The notes beneath the pieces are model-generated. The model saw nothing but the letters and a program-made list of their open reading frames with translations, was not told where the DNA came from and ran no database searches. 64,000 nt of DNA from an uncultured archaeon (GTDB lineage: Archaea > CAYFZR01), in contig CAYFZR010000068.1 in assembly GCA_964347835.1 (NCBI GenBank), forward strand, positions 8,030-72,029. Reading direction: 5' to 3'. Below are positions 18,852 to 28,656 of this stretch, in pieces; position 1 is the first letter of the stretch, and the number at the start of each line of letters is the position of its first letter. Position numbers and translations under genes: made by a program.

Positions 18852-20603
18852 ATGTCCCCTAAGATTGGAGTTTATATTTGTAGGTGTGAAGGTGAGATCT
18901 CCAACATAGTCGACGTAAGCGCAGTTGCAGAGTTCGCCAAAGAATTGCCCGACGTCGTTGTAGTGAAAGAACTCGAAAGTCTTTGTTCATTTGAAGACCA
19001 AGTCTCCATGAAGAGAGATATTCGAAATGCAATAGTAAATCGCGTGGTTTTGGCTGCATGTAGTCCAAGAATGTACGAGGTGCCCATTAGACTAGCCATC
19101 GAAGAAGCTGGATTGAACGTATATCTTTATGAGAAGGCAAATATTAGAGAGCAGTGTGCTTGGCCCCATTCAGACGTTCCTGATGAAGCGACTGAGAAGG
19201 CAAAGGCATTGGTTGCGAGCGCTGTCGCTAAGGCTAGAAAATTGGTGGAGAGGGCGGATCGTAAGATCGAAATCCTAGACAGGGCTTTGGTGATTGGAGG
19301 TGGGGTAGCAGGCTTAGAAGCAGCGCTGGATCTTGCAAACATGGGATTTTACACATACTTAGTTGAAAGGGAGCCAGAACTAGGAGGAAGAGCATATAAA
19401 CTGAGTATGACCTTTCCGACAACTAGTTGTGGAATATGCTGTATGCACTACTGTAAGGAGTGTAGATTAACTCCTGGATTAATGGATGTTTATCTCAATA
19501 AAAATGTAGACGTGATGACGGATACCGAAGTCTTGAGTGTAGACGGTTACGTTGGAAATTATCAAGTAACTATTAAGAACAAGAAGAGCGCCGTAATTAG
19601 AAATTTTAAGGTAGGAACCATCATAGTTGCCACAGGTTCAAAGATATATGATGCACGTAGGATTCCAGAGTATGGATACGAAGATTACGAGGATGTTCTA
19701 ACTATTCTCGATTTAGAGCGCAAAATAGTTGAAGATAGACTTACAGGACGCGTTTTAAGTAGACCATCAGATGGAAAAGTACCAAAGGTCGTTAGCTTTA
19801 TCCAGTGTGTTGGATCTAGAGCAGAGAAAGGCGGGAACCCGTACTGTTCTTTGGTTTGCTGTAACTACGCTCTGGGTCAGGCAAGCACCATCAAAAAAAT
19901 GTATCCTGATTGTGACGTATACATATTCTACATCGACATAAGAGGTCCCTACAGGGGTATAGAAGAGTTCTATGAAGAAGTTCGAGAAATGGGCGTCAAA
20001 TTTGTTAGAGGTCGTGTTGCGAGAGTTGAAAAGGTAGGAGATAAACTAATTTTGAGCGCAGAAGACAAAGACCTTGGAGAACAAGTTCAAGTCGAATCAG
20101 ATTTAGTGATTTTATCCGTTGGTCAAGAGCCCAGTGATGGTACCTCAGAACTAGCGAAAATGCTGAACATTCCTTTGGGTCCAGATGGATTCTTCTACGA
20201 CTTAAATCTAGTACTTGAACCCGAAGAGAGAAGGGGAATATATCTGGCGGGCTGTGCACAAGGCCCGAGGGGTATAAGATGGTCTGTCGCGGATGGAAGG
20301 ATAGCGGCTTCTCATGCAGCGGCGTTAATGTCCGAGGGAGTTCTAAGGACTGAGGCTATCGTTGCCTTAGTAGATGAGGACGCATGCGGAGGATGCGGGA
20401 TTTGTGAGAGTGTGTGCCCTTACAATAATCCCAAGCTTAAAGAAGTGAACGGAAGAAAAGTATCCGAGATTACTCCAGTTTCGTGTAACGGATGCGGTGT
20501 TTGTGCATCAGCGTGTCCTTCAGATGCTATCGATATGGAAAGTTATTTGGATAAACAAATACTGGCACAGATAGAGGCCCTAGCTAAAATAGAGGTTAAA
20601 TAA
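18852..20603 (+). CDS. hdrA: Heterodisulfide reductase subunit A (HdrA)
   Basis: FAD motif 'VIGGGVAGLEAALDLA', 'TSCGICCMHYCKEC', C-terminal 2x CxxCxxCxxxCP ferredoxin motifs; SD 'GGAGGC' before the ATG. Confidence 0.9.
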   Translation: MSPKIGVYICRCEGEISNIVDVSAVAEFAKELPDVVVVKELESLCSFEDQVSMKRDIRNAIVNRVVLAACSPRMYEVPIRLAIEEAGLNVYLYEKANIREQCAWPHSDVPDEATEKAKALVASAVAKARKLVERADRKIEILDRALVIGGGVAGLEAALDLANMGFYTYLVEREPELGGRAYKLSMTFPTTSCGICCMHYCKECRLTPGLMDVYLNKNVDVMTDTEVLSVDGYVGNYQVTIKNKKSAVIRNFKVGTIIVATGSKIYDARRIPEYGYEDYEDVLTILDLERKIVEDRLTGRVLSRPSDGKVPKVVSFIQCVGSRAEKGGNPYCSLVCCNYALGQASTIKKMYPDCDVYIFYIDIRGPYRGIEEFYEEVREMGVKFVRGRVARVEKVGDKLILSAEDKDLGEQVQVESDLVILSVGQEPSDGTSELAKMLNIPLGPDGFFYDLNLVLEPEERRGIYLAGCAQGPRGIRWSVADGRIAASHAAALMSEGVLRTEAIVALVDEDACGGCGICESVCPYNNPKLKEVNGRKVSEITPVSCNGCGVCASACPSDAIDMESYLDKQILAQIEALAKIEVK

Positions 20604-21136
20604 TGGCCGTTGTTAAATTCCCAGTTAGACTAACAGAAGGTGATCCGAATTTTGTGAACGAGATTGTCAAAATAGGTGGGCCTCTCGTATACAAATGCCT
20701 CCAGTGCGGTAGGTGCGCAGGAGATTGTCCTCTCGGGATAGAACCTCTCCATCACATTAGAAGACTAATAAAACTGGCTATTTATGGATTAAGAGAAAGA
20801 GTCCTCTCAGACCCTGGAATCTGGCGTTGCACTACTTGTCACACGTGCTGGGAGAGATGTCCTTTAGAGGTGGATCCTACTGACTTTGTGATTGCTCTTA
20901 GGAGAATTCTCGCGAGAGAAGGCAAGATGCCTGATTCCACAAAGAGGATTGCGAGGAATATAGTGACTTTGGGTCACGCTGTAGATATAGATGAGAAACA
21001 GAAGAAAATTAGAGCCTCTTTAGGTCTTGATCCACTGCCACCAACCGCGTTAATCCACAAAGAAGCGACAGACGATCTTAAAATTATCGTCAAGAAAACG
21101 AAGGTTCAAAAACTCATCGGATCTGGAGGTAAGTAA
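20603..21136 (+). CDS. hdrC: Heterodisulfide reductase subunit C (HdrC)
   Basis: Two 4Fe-4S motifs ('CLQCGRCAGDCP', 'CTTCHTCWERCP'). Confidence 0.85.
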   Translation: MAVVKFPVRLTEGDPNFVNEIVKIGGPLVYKCLQCGRCAGDCPLGIEPLHHIRRLIKLAIYGLRERVLSDPGIWRCTTCHTCWERCPLEVDPTDFVIALRRILAREGKMPDSTKRIARNIVTLGHAVDIDEKQKKIRASLGLDPLPPTALIHKEATDDLKIIVKKTKVQKLIGSGGK

Positions 21137-22027
21137 ATGTCCTACGGACTTTTTTTAGGTTGTATCGCGCCTTTAAGATACCCAGACATCGAGAAGGCAA
21201 CAAGGGTCGCTCTTAAAAATTTAGGCGTAGAAATTAAGGAGATGGAAGGTGCTACCTGCTGTCCAGCAGGTGCATCTTTCAATTGCATCGATGATATAAC
21301 ATCTCTCGCAATCTCTGCCAGAAATCTGTCAATTGCAGAGGAAATGAATTGCGATATAGTTACAATCTGTAGCGGATGCTTTTCGACTCTTAAAGAAGCA
21401 AATAAAGAACTCAAAAGAAATATTGAAAAAAGAAAGTTGGTCAATGAGGCACTTGAAGGAACTGGAAAGATATACAAGGGCAGTATAGATGTAAAACACC
21501 TTGTACAATTGTTATATGATGATATAGGCATCGAAAGGATAAAGAGTTCAATTAAGAGACCATTAAACGGGATTAAGATCGCCCCGCACTATGGATGCCA
21601 TTTATTAAGACCCAGCATATTTCTGGATGTAGATAACCCTGAAAAACCAAAGAAACTTGATGGTTTGGTGGAGGCGCTCGGCGCAGAAAGCGTGCCCTAT
21701 CAATACAGACTCATGTGCTGTGGTGCAGGTGGAGGACTCCGTGCTTACGACCTTGATTTCGCAACAAGAATAGTAGCGAGAAAATTAACTGCTATGAAAG
21801 AGGCGGGAGCAGATGCTATCGTAGATGTTTGCCCTTTTTGCCATCTTCAATTTGATGTATCTCAAGTTGAGCTTAATGAAAAGAAAGGATGCGACTTTAG
21901 ATTTCCCGTCTTTCATTACACTCAACTACTTGCACTAGCCCAGGGAACTGATCCTAAGGAAATTATAAGCATTTCAAAGATACCAAGAGACAAAATCTTG
22001 AATAAGATTAAGATAGAGGCGAAATGA
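21137..22027 (+). CDS. hdrB: Heterodisulfide reductase subunit B (HdrB)
   Basis: Two CCG domains ('CCPAGASF', 'MCCGAGGG', 'CPFCHLQF'). Confidence 0.9.
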   Translation: MSYGLFLGCIAPLRYPDIEKATRVALKNLGVEIKEMEGATCCPAGASFNCIDDITSLAISARNLSIAEEMNCDIVTICSGCFSTLKEANKELKRNIEKRKLVNEALEGTGKIYKGSIDVKHLVQLLYDDIGIERIKSSIKRPLNGIKIAPHYGCHLLRPSIFLDVDNPEKPKKLDGLVEALGAESVPYQYRLMCCGAGGGLRAYDLDFATRIVARKLTAMKEAGADAIVDVCPFCHLQFDVSQVELNEKKGCDFRFPVFHYTQLLALAQGTDPKEIISISKIPRDKILNKIKIEAK

Positions 22028-22028
22028 A

Positions 22029-22448
22029 ATGGATAACTTCAAGCCAAACGTCATTGGTTTTTTATGTAGATGGTGTTCCTACGCAGGAGCAGATCTCGCA
22101 GGAATCGACAGGATGCATTATCCTCCTAACGTAAGGGTTATCAGGGTTATGTGTTCAGGCAGGATAGACCCCTTATTTGTTTTGGAGGCATTTAAACTGG
22201 GTATAGACGGCATCCTGATAATGGGATGTCATCCAGAGGAGTGCCACCACGTTTCAGGAAATCTGAAGGCCTTAAGACGAGTTACACTCCTAAAAAAATT
22301 GATGGAACAACTGGGATTAAATCCAAAAAGACTGAGACTCGACTGGATCTCAGCGAACGAAGGTGGTAAATTTGCCGAAGTTTCTGCTGAAATGGTGGAC
22401 GAAATAAAGAAAATAGGTCCAAATCCACTGAAGGAGGGAATTCGGTGA
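22029..22448 (+). CDS. mvhD: Methyl-viologen-reducing hydrogenase delta subunit (MvhD)
   Basis: 'IGFLCRWCSYAGADLAG...MGCHPEECH' signature. Confidence 0.85.
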   Translation: MDNFKPNVIGFLCRWCSYAGADLAGIDRMHYPPNVRVIRVMCSGRIDPLFVLEAFKLGIDGILIMGCHPEECHHVSGNLKALRRVTLLKKLMEQLGLNPKRLRLDWISANEGGKFAEVSAEMVDEIKKIGPNPLKEGIR

Positions 22449-23431
22449 AAATTTCTGATAAAAAACTCAAATTGGCCATTGGTCTCGGTGCAACTTGCTC
22501 TGGATGTGATATAGCCCTTTTAGATATAAATGAAAAAATTCTAAACCTAGTTGCGGTAGCAGACATAGTCTTCTGGCCTACTGGAATTGATGCAAAACAA
22601 AAAGATCTAGAGAATATGAGAGACGGAAGCATTGATGTTGGAATTTATCATGGCACCGTGAGAAACTCTGAAAATGAGGAAATAGCGAAGTTACTGAGAG
22701 AGAAATCGAATATTCTTATTGCTTTTGGATCCTGTGCCTGTTATGGCGGCATTCCGGGACTCGCCAATATATCCACCAAAGAAGGTATATTTGAAGTAGT
22801 TTACAAAAAAACAAAATCTACTGAAAACCCTGAATTTGTTACACCCCAGACAAGTCTGAGTTTCGATGGAAGAACCTTAACCCTGCCAGAATTATACGAT
22901 ACAGCGAGATCATTAGATCAAACAGTTGAAGTAGATTACTACCTTCCCGGATGTCCCCCTCCTGTTCAGTTGATAGAACTTGCTATTTCTGCGATAGTGG
23001 GCGGGGAATTGCCTTCAAAAGGATCTGTAATCGCCTCTGACAAATCCTTGTGCGATGAATGTCCGATGGAGAGAGAGGACAAAAAGATCTCTATGGTCTA
23101 TAGACCTTATGAAATAGTTCCAGACCCAAAGAAATGCTTGCTCGAACAAGGTATCATTTGCTTAGGTCCGGCCACGAGAGGAGGTTGTGAGGCTAAATGC
23201 ATTAAGGTAAATATGCCCTGTGAGGGGTGTTTGGGTCCGTTACCTAATTCCAAGGATCAAGGCTCCTCTATGTTGAGTGCAATCGCTTCTATACTTGGAG
23301 TCGAAGAAGAGGAAAAGATTTCTGAAGAGAAACTAAAAGAGCTAACGGAAAAGATCCTGGATCCACTAGGTACCTTCTACAGGTTTACACTTCCTGTTGC
23401 CCCCTTAAATAGAAAGGTTGAGGATGATTAA
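22445..23431 (+). CDS. mvhG: F420-non-reducing [NiFe]-hydrogenase small subunit (MvhG)
   Basis: Small-subunit Cys pattern ('GATCSGCD', 'GSCACYGG', 'PGCPP'); overlaps neighbouring genes. Confidence 0.85.
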   Translation: MKISDKKLKLAIGLGATCSGCDIALLDINEKILNLVAVADIVFWPTGIDAKQKDLENMRDGSIDVGIYHGTVRNSENEEIAKLLREKSNILIAFGSCACYGGIPGLANISTKEGIFEVVYKKTKSTENPEFVTPQTSLSFDGRTLTLPELYDTARSLDQTVEVDYYLPGCPPPVQLIELAISAIVGGELPSKGSVIASDKSLCDECPMEREDKKISMVYRPYEIVPDPKKCLLEQGIICLGPATRGGCEAKCIKVNMPCEGCLGPLPNSKDQGSSMLSAIASILGVEEEEKISEEKLKELTEKILDPLGTFYRFTLPVAPLNRKVEDD

Positions 23432-24923
23432 GATGCCAAAAATATTCGACGAAGCAGAGATGGTAACTACCAGAAATATAACTATTACACCAATTACTCG
23501 CTTGGAAGGGCATGGAAAAATCGATATATTTCTAAATGATCAGGGAAATGTTAGAGACGCATACTTTCAGGTCGTAGAACTCCGTGGTTTTGAGAAATTT
23601 TGCATCGGTAGACCTGTTGAAGAACTACCCAGACTGACTCCAAGGATCTGTGGCGTATGTCCTGGTCCGCATCACATGGCTTCTACCAAAGCTGCTGATG
23701 CTGTATTCGGAGCCGAGGTGCCAGAACCAGCAAAGAAGTTAAGGGAACTTTACTATATGGCTCATGTTATACACAGCCACATAGCACACTTTTATATCTT
23801 GGCTGCTCCGGATTTTATATTAGGTCCTGCGGAAGATCCGACTAAAAGAAATATAGTAGGAGTTATAGAAGCCGTAGGTAAAGAGACCGTGAACGATGTT
23901 ATTACGCATAGGGCTTATGCACAAAAGATTCAGGAGATGATTGGTGGAAGGGCAACTCATTCTGTTTGTGGCTTGCCAGGAGGAATTTCTAAAGCAATAA
24001 ACGAAGAAGAAATAAAAGAAATCGAAATAATGGCAAGATCTTGCGTTAACTTCTCGAGGAGATCGATGAAGATATTTGAAGATTTGGTGCTCGCTAACGA
24101 TACTTATGTAGACATAATAACAGGAGACATATACAAAAGTCAGACTTATTACATGGGACTCGTCGATGATGACAACAGGCTCAACCTATACGATGGAAAG
24201 ATAAGAGTCGTTGATCAAAAAGGAAAAGAATTCTCTAAGTTTGAGCCAAAAAATTATTTAAAACATATTGCTGAGCATGTAGAGCCCTGGAGCTATCTAA
24301 AATTTCCTTATTTAAAGGCTATCGGGTGGAAAGGTCTAATCGATGGTCAAGAAAGCGGTGTATACAGAGTTGGACCCCTTGCGAGGTTAAATGTAGCAGA
24401 AGAAATTGCGACTCCCCTTGCCCAAGAGGAATACAAAAAAATGCACAAGATTCTTGGTGGAAAACCTACTCATGCGACTCTTGCTTATCACTGGGCTAGA
24501 TTAATTGAGTTGTTATATGCAAGTGAGCGTATGCATGAACTCTCGATAGATCCTGATATAACAAGTACGAATATTAGAGGAAAACTAGGCAAACCAAAGG
24601 AAGGAGTAGGTGTAATCGAGGCGCCCAGAGGAACGCTCTTCCATCATTATGTAACAGACAAAGATGGTCTAATAAAAGAGATTAACTTAATAGTAGCAAC
24701 TGGTAATAACAACGCAGCGATATGTATTTCAGTTAAAAAGGCTGCTGAAACTCTTATAAGAGACTGGAAGGTTAGTAACGGACTTTTGAATATGATAGAA
24801 ATGGCTTTCAGAGCCTATGATCCGTGTTTCGCTTGTGCTACCCATGCTCTAGGACGCATGTCTTTAGAAATTCGAATATATGATAACGAAAAGAGATTAT
24901 TCAAAAAACTCACTAATTTTTGA
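23418..24923 (+). CDS. mvhA: F420-non-reducing [NiFe]-hydrogenase large subunit (MvhA)
   Basis: N-terminal 'RICGVCPGPH' and C-terminal 'DPCFACATHALG' Ni-binding motifs plus a C-terminal extension for protease processing. Confidence 0.9.
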   Translation: MRMIKMPKIFDEAEMVTTRNITITPITRLEGHGKIDIFLNDQGNVRDAYFQVVELRGFEKFCIGRPVEELPRLTPRICGVCPGPHHMASTKAADAVFGAEVPEPAKKLRELYYMAHVIHSHIAHFYILAAPDFILGPAEDPTKRNIVGVIEAVGKETVNDVITHRAYAQKIQEMIGGRATHSVCGLPGGISKAINEEEIKEIEIMARSCVNFSRRSMKIFEDLVLANDTYVDIITGDIYKSQTYYMGLVDDDNRLNLYDGKIRVVDQKGKEFSKFEPKNYLKHIAEHVEPWSYLKFPYLKAIGWKGLIDGQESGVYRVGPLARLNVAEEIATPLAQEEYKKMHKILGGKPTHATLAYHWARLIELLYASERMHELSIDPDITSTNIRGKLGKPKEGVGVIEAPRGTLFHHYVTDKDGLIKEINLIVATGNNNAAICISVKKAAETLIRDWKVSNGLLNMIEMAFRAYDPCFACATHALGRMSLEIRIYDNEKRLFKKLTNF

Positions 24924-24977
24924 ATTTTTACTCAAATTCCACAAAATTCTAATAAAAGATTAAATATTGTTAACGAG

Positions 24978-25688
24978 ATGAAACAATCAAACTCAATAAA
25001 CACTGTAGAAGACTGGACTGAGAAGGGATACGCCTTTGAAAAAGAAGGTATGTTTGAAAAAGCAGTGGAATGCTATGACAAAGCCTTAGAGATTGATTCT
25101 AATTATGCTAAGGCATGGAATAACAAGGGAACCTCTCTTTTTGGTTTAAGAAATTTTGAAGAAGCAATTAAATGTATTGACAAGGCTTTAGAAATAGATC
25201 CAAATTATGCTGAGGCTTGGAATAACAAAGGAACCTGTCTCTTTGCATTAAGGATGTTTAATGAAGCCTTAAAATGCTTTGATAAAGCATCGGAAATTGA
25301 TCCAGAAGCGCCAAATGTTTGGTTAAATAAAGGTAACGTCCTGCAAAACATGGGTATGTACGAACAGGCTATAGAGGCCTATACCACGGCGTTGAAACTT
25401 AATCCGAATTTAAAATGGGCGTGGAGCAGTAAAGGATTCACTCTTCACGGTATAGGCAATTTAAATGAAGCGATACTCTGCTATGATAAAGCCTTGGAAA
25501 TAGATCCCAATCTAGCAGGTGTCTTGAATAATAAAGGGCTTGCCTTAAAGGATTTAGGCAGGTTAGACGAGGCTCTAGAATGCTTTAAGAATGTTTTGGA
25601 TATTGAGCCCTCCCTTGTTGTTGCCAAAGTAAATAGAGAAGCAGTTTTAGAGATGATTGACAAACGTGAAAAATACAGACAAAAATGA
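24978..25688 (+). CDS. TPR-repeat protein
   Basis: Six 34-aa repeats 'AWNNKG...(A/L)...YDKALEIDPN'. Confidence 0.8.
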   Translation: MKQSNSINTVEDWTEKGYAFEKEGMFEKAVECYDKALEIDSNYAKAWNNKGTSLFGLRNFEEAIKCIDKALEIDPNYAEAWNNKGTCLFALRMFNEALKCFDKASEIDPEAPNVWLNKGNVLQNMGMYEQAIEAYTTALKLNPNLKWAWSSKGFTLHGIGNLNEAILCYDKALEIDPNLAGVLNNKGLALKDLGRLDEALECFKNVLDIEPSLVVAKVNREAVLEMIDKREKYRQK

Positions 25689-25703
25689 CTGAAATCGGAA
25701 AAA

Positions 25704-27476
25704 TCAACCCTCTTCTTTCCTAACTTCCTCTACTTTCTTTAACTGGGCCCTGTACATATCAACTATTTCATCTACAGTTGTAGCATCGTGGGGTCCTTTG
25801 TCCTCCCTCCATCTGCCTGTGAACCTTGGAAATCTTACTGCTATTCCAGAATCCTTTCTAATTCGACCAAAGGCGCACGTATGGACAGGGCTTAATGTAA
25901 GTTCGTCTCCTATTACCTCCATTACTACGTTAGGCTCGAACCATACATCAGCTTCGAATTCGCTTTCTACGCTATGATGCTTTTCCTCAATTTTATAGGG
26001 CGCAAGCATATTCGGAATGTTTCCCAAGTCTTCGTCTGTGAGGCCGCTGCCGACCTTACAAACGGTATAGAACTTTTCTTGTTCTCTATGGATGACACTT
26101 GTAAGCAGTGCTCCATACGAGCCGGATCTTTTTCCTCTACCTATAAATGCGCCTACAACAACCACATCTATAGGCTCGATCATCATAGACTGATAAGAGC
26201 GTTTTAATTTAATCCAGAGCCAACCTCTGGCTCCTGCCTGATAGATTCCATCCAGAGATTTGAGTATTAGACCTTCGCAGCCTGATTCTATTGCATGTTC
26301 GAAGAAGCTTTCAATTTCTTTAGGATCATCCGCAATCAAAGATTCAGCCAATCTGAGGCGCATATTTTCTTTAACAATGCCTTTAAGTCTATTTCTCCGA
26401 TCAAAGTAGCCTTTTTGGGTTAGATCATCTCCATCTATATATAGTATATCGAAAAGGTAAAGACTGATTGGAAACTTCTCTCTAGCCTCCTCGATTCCGT
26501 GTTTTCTTCTTCTGTGCATGAGCTGCTGAAACGGAAGTAATTCCCCTGTATCAGGATCTATTGCGACGCATTCGGCTTCGATAATGGCGTCACTGGCTCT
26601 TATATATTCTTTAGTAAGATCGCTTACGTCTGGGTATTGATTGGTGATATTTTCGAGTCTCCTTGAGAAAAGTACAACGTTATCGTTATTTTTGTGAATC
26701 TGAATTCTTTCTCCATCATATTTCAACTCGCAGGCTGCTTTTCCGCCAAGTTTTTCCAGTGCCTCCTCGGATGTAACGAGTCTTTGAGCCATCATCATCC
26801 TTATGGGTCTACCTATCTTCACGTGGTAATTCTTTATACCTTCCAAACCTTCGTTTGCCAAAGTCTTGGCTACGTCGCCGAGGTCTGATGTTAAGTTATA
26901 AGCTCTCTCTATGATTTCTCTGTTCGTCTTGTCTCCCGTATAAGCAATCGCTAGAGCATCTAGAATTGTCATATCTGCTATACCCAGTCTAAGCTTTCCT
27001 AAAACTGTTCTTATGATATATTTCGCCTCTTTTGGCTCGGCATCCGCCAATAACCCGGAGAGCAGCCTTACTTTTATATCGATGCTACCCGGTCCTGTTG
27101 ATCTTGCTATTCTATCAAAGGTATCATATACTTCCTGTATTGTTAACGGCTTAGCAAAAAGGGTGGATTGTTTTTTACTTTTTGCTAAATGTTCAGCCGT
27201 AAAACCTAAATCTCCTCTTTCCTTTAGATCTTTTTCTGTTTCTCTAGTACTGACTCCAAAGGCAATCGATATAGCGCGAATAGCGAGCTTTTCAGCTATA
27301 CCCATCTCCAAATCCACAAAATCAGGATAAAGCTTCCCTTGGGTAAAATAGGCTACCTTATCTACGATATCTTTCTCACATTTTTTGAAGAGATCGACCA
27401 AGAAATCAGTCATCTCTAGTCTCTTGGTGGTTGCTTCTATACTTTCATATACGACAACCAAGTCGAAGTATCTCAA
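25704..27476 (-). CDS. lig: ATP-dependent DNA ligase (archaeal replicative type)
   Basis: 'ELKYDGERIQI' adenylation motif (KxDG), OB and DBD regions; 590 aa. Confidence 0.9.
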   Translation of the reverse strand: MRYFDLVVVYESIEATTKRLEMTDFLVDLFKKCEKDIVDKVAYFTQGKLYPDFVDLEMGIAEKLAIRAISIAFGVSTRETEKDLKERGDLGFTAEHLAKSKKQSTLFAKPLTIQEVYDTFDRIARSTGPGSIDIKVRLLSGLLADAEPKEAKYIIRTVLGKLRLGIADMTILDALAIAYTGDKTNREIIERAYNLTSDLGDVAKTLANEGLEGIKNYHVKIGRPIRMMMAQRLVTSEEALEKLGGKAACELKYDGERIQIHKNNDNVVLFSRRLENITNQYPDVSDLTKEYIRASDAIIEAECVAIDPDTGELLPFQQLMHRRRKHGIEEAREKFPISLYLFDILYIDGDDLTQKGYFDRRNRLKGIVKENMRLRLAESLIADDPKEIESFFEHAIESGCEGLILKSLDGIYQAGARGWLWIKLKRSYQSMMIEPIDVVVVGAFIGRGKRSGSYGALLTSVIHREQEKFYTVCKVGSGLTDEDLGNIPNMLAPYKIEEKHHSVESEFEADVWFEPNVVMEVIGDELTLSPVHTCAFGRIRKDSGIAVRFPRFTGRWREDKGPHDATTVDEIVDMYRAQLKKVEEVRKEEG

Positions 27477-27521
27477 CGGAGCACCTTAGGAATATTTTTA
27501 TTGAATTAGGTAATACTCTTT

Positions 27522-28652
27522 TTGGTTGATATGGAATTGATCGAGGATCGCATACTTCTTTTACTAGCGATTAAAGAAAAAAAGAAAACGATTAGTTTCG
27601 AGCACATCGCTGAAAAGGTAATACGTGATGAAAAAGGCAGGATAAGTGAGTTAGATGTTAGAGATGCCGTTGATAGATTGATTTCTAGGGAATTCATAAC
27701 TGAGGCGAAAAAAAATTATTATGCAACTGAAAAAGGAATGCGGGAGATAACAGATAGACTGGAATCAATCGGAAAAGAGTTGAATCTCTCTTACCGTATG
27801 GTTTTGAAGGCGAAGAATTATTATCCTTTGATTGCGGAGGCTTTACTCCCGTTTTTAAAAGAGAGGGCCACCAGCGTTGTAAAAATTTTTAGTGACGATA
27901 AAGATCCTACTCGTAGAATAAAACCTCTTTTTGTAAGATATGCAAAGTATAAGCCTAAACCAGTACATATTCAAATAAGTAATACCGAAGATTTAATTAA
28001 ATACGTTGACAGTCACGCCATCGACTTCATACCCTACATCCATAAGTTAAACTCGAAAGATCCAGATTGGTTTGTCTTAGACTTGGATGCGGGTCCAGAA
28101 TTTGAAAAAAAAGAAAAGGGCTTCAATTTAGTTAAATTAACTGCCGAAAAGTTAGTAGAAGTCTTAGAAGACTATGAAATCTCTTCTAACATAAAGTTCA
28201 GTGGATCTAGAGGTATTCAAATCTGGACAAGTCTAGATAACACTAAATTAGCCTCAGGAGATTTATTCGCACTTTATCGAAAGTTTGCTCAAATAATTCA
28301 ATTTAATTTGGAGGAAAAATTACAGGAATTACCGTCAAAGACCTTGGAAGAATATTATGAGATTGTTGAGAAAGGCAAACCTATAACTACCTCCACAGTA
28401 GCCAAGAAGAGTGAAAGATCTGATCAAATCTTAATCGATTGGAGTACGATGAAGCCTTCTGGAGACGTAAGGGCCCCATTTAGCTTACATTACAAGACTG
28501 GTTGGGTCTCATGCCCAATAGATCATAAACACCTTCTCGATTTTAAAATATCCGAAGCGTTTACGGAAAATGTTGCTAAGAATGTTGATAAGTTAATCGA
28601 CGCCTTTAGACTTGAGATATCTGATCCCTCTCTCATTATAAAAGAACTATGA
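27522..28652 (+). CDS. LigD polymerase-domain-like AEP primase-polymerase with N-terminal winged-helix
   Basis: 'FVLDLDAGP' (DxD), 'KFSGSRGIQIW' (SGxRG-H motif), 'ILIDWSTMKPSGDVRAPFSLHYKTGWVSCPI' matching the LigD PolDom 'vfiDy.qN..g.T.vapYSvRa..G..vS.P'; 376 aa. Confidence 0.6.
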   Translation: MVDMELIEDRILLLLAIKEKKKTISFEHIAEKVIRDEKGRISELDVRDAVDRLISREFITEAKKNYYATEKGMREITDRLESIGKELNLSYRMVLKAKNYYPLIAEALLPFLKERATSVVKIFSDDKDPTRRIKPLFVRYAKYKPKPVHIQISNTEDLIKYVDSHAIDFIPYIHKLNSKDPDWFVLDLDAGPEFEKKEKGFNLVKLTAEKLVEVLEDYEISSNIKFSGSRGIQIWTSLDNTKLASGDLFALYRKFAQIIQFNLEEKLQELPSKTLEEYYEIVEKGKPITTSTVAKKSERSDQILIDWSTMKPSGDVRAPFSLHYKTGWVSCPIDHKHLLDFKISEAFTENVAKNVDKLIDAFRLEISDPSLIIKEL

Positions 28653-28656
28653 CTGG

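Noticed and set aside
18852-20603. Possible selenocysteine (in-frame TGA) in hdrA or mvh genes
   Set aside because: These ORFs read through to their stops with no in-frame TGA, and Cys occupies the relevant positions.
25704-28652. Complete NHEJ locus (Ku + LigD)
   Set aside because: Only a PolDom-like AEP and a replicative-type ligase are present. No Ku or phosphoesterase gene is in the window, so only the pairing is reported.
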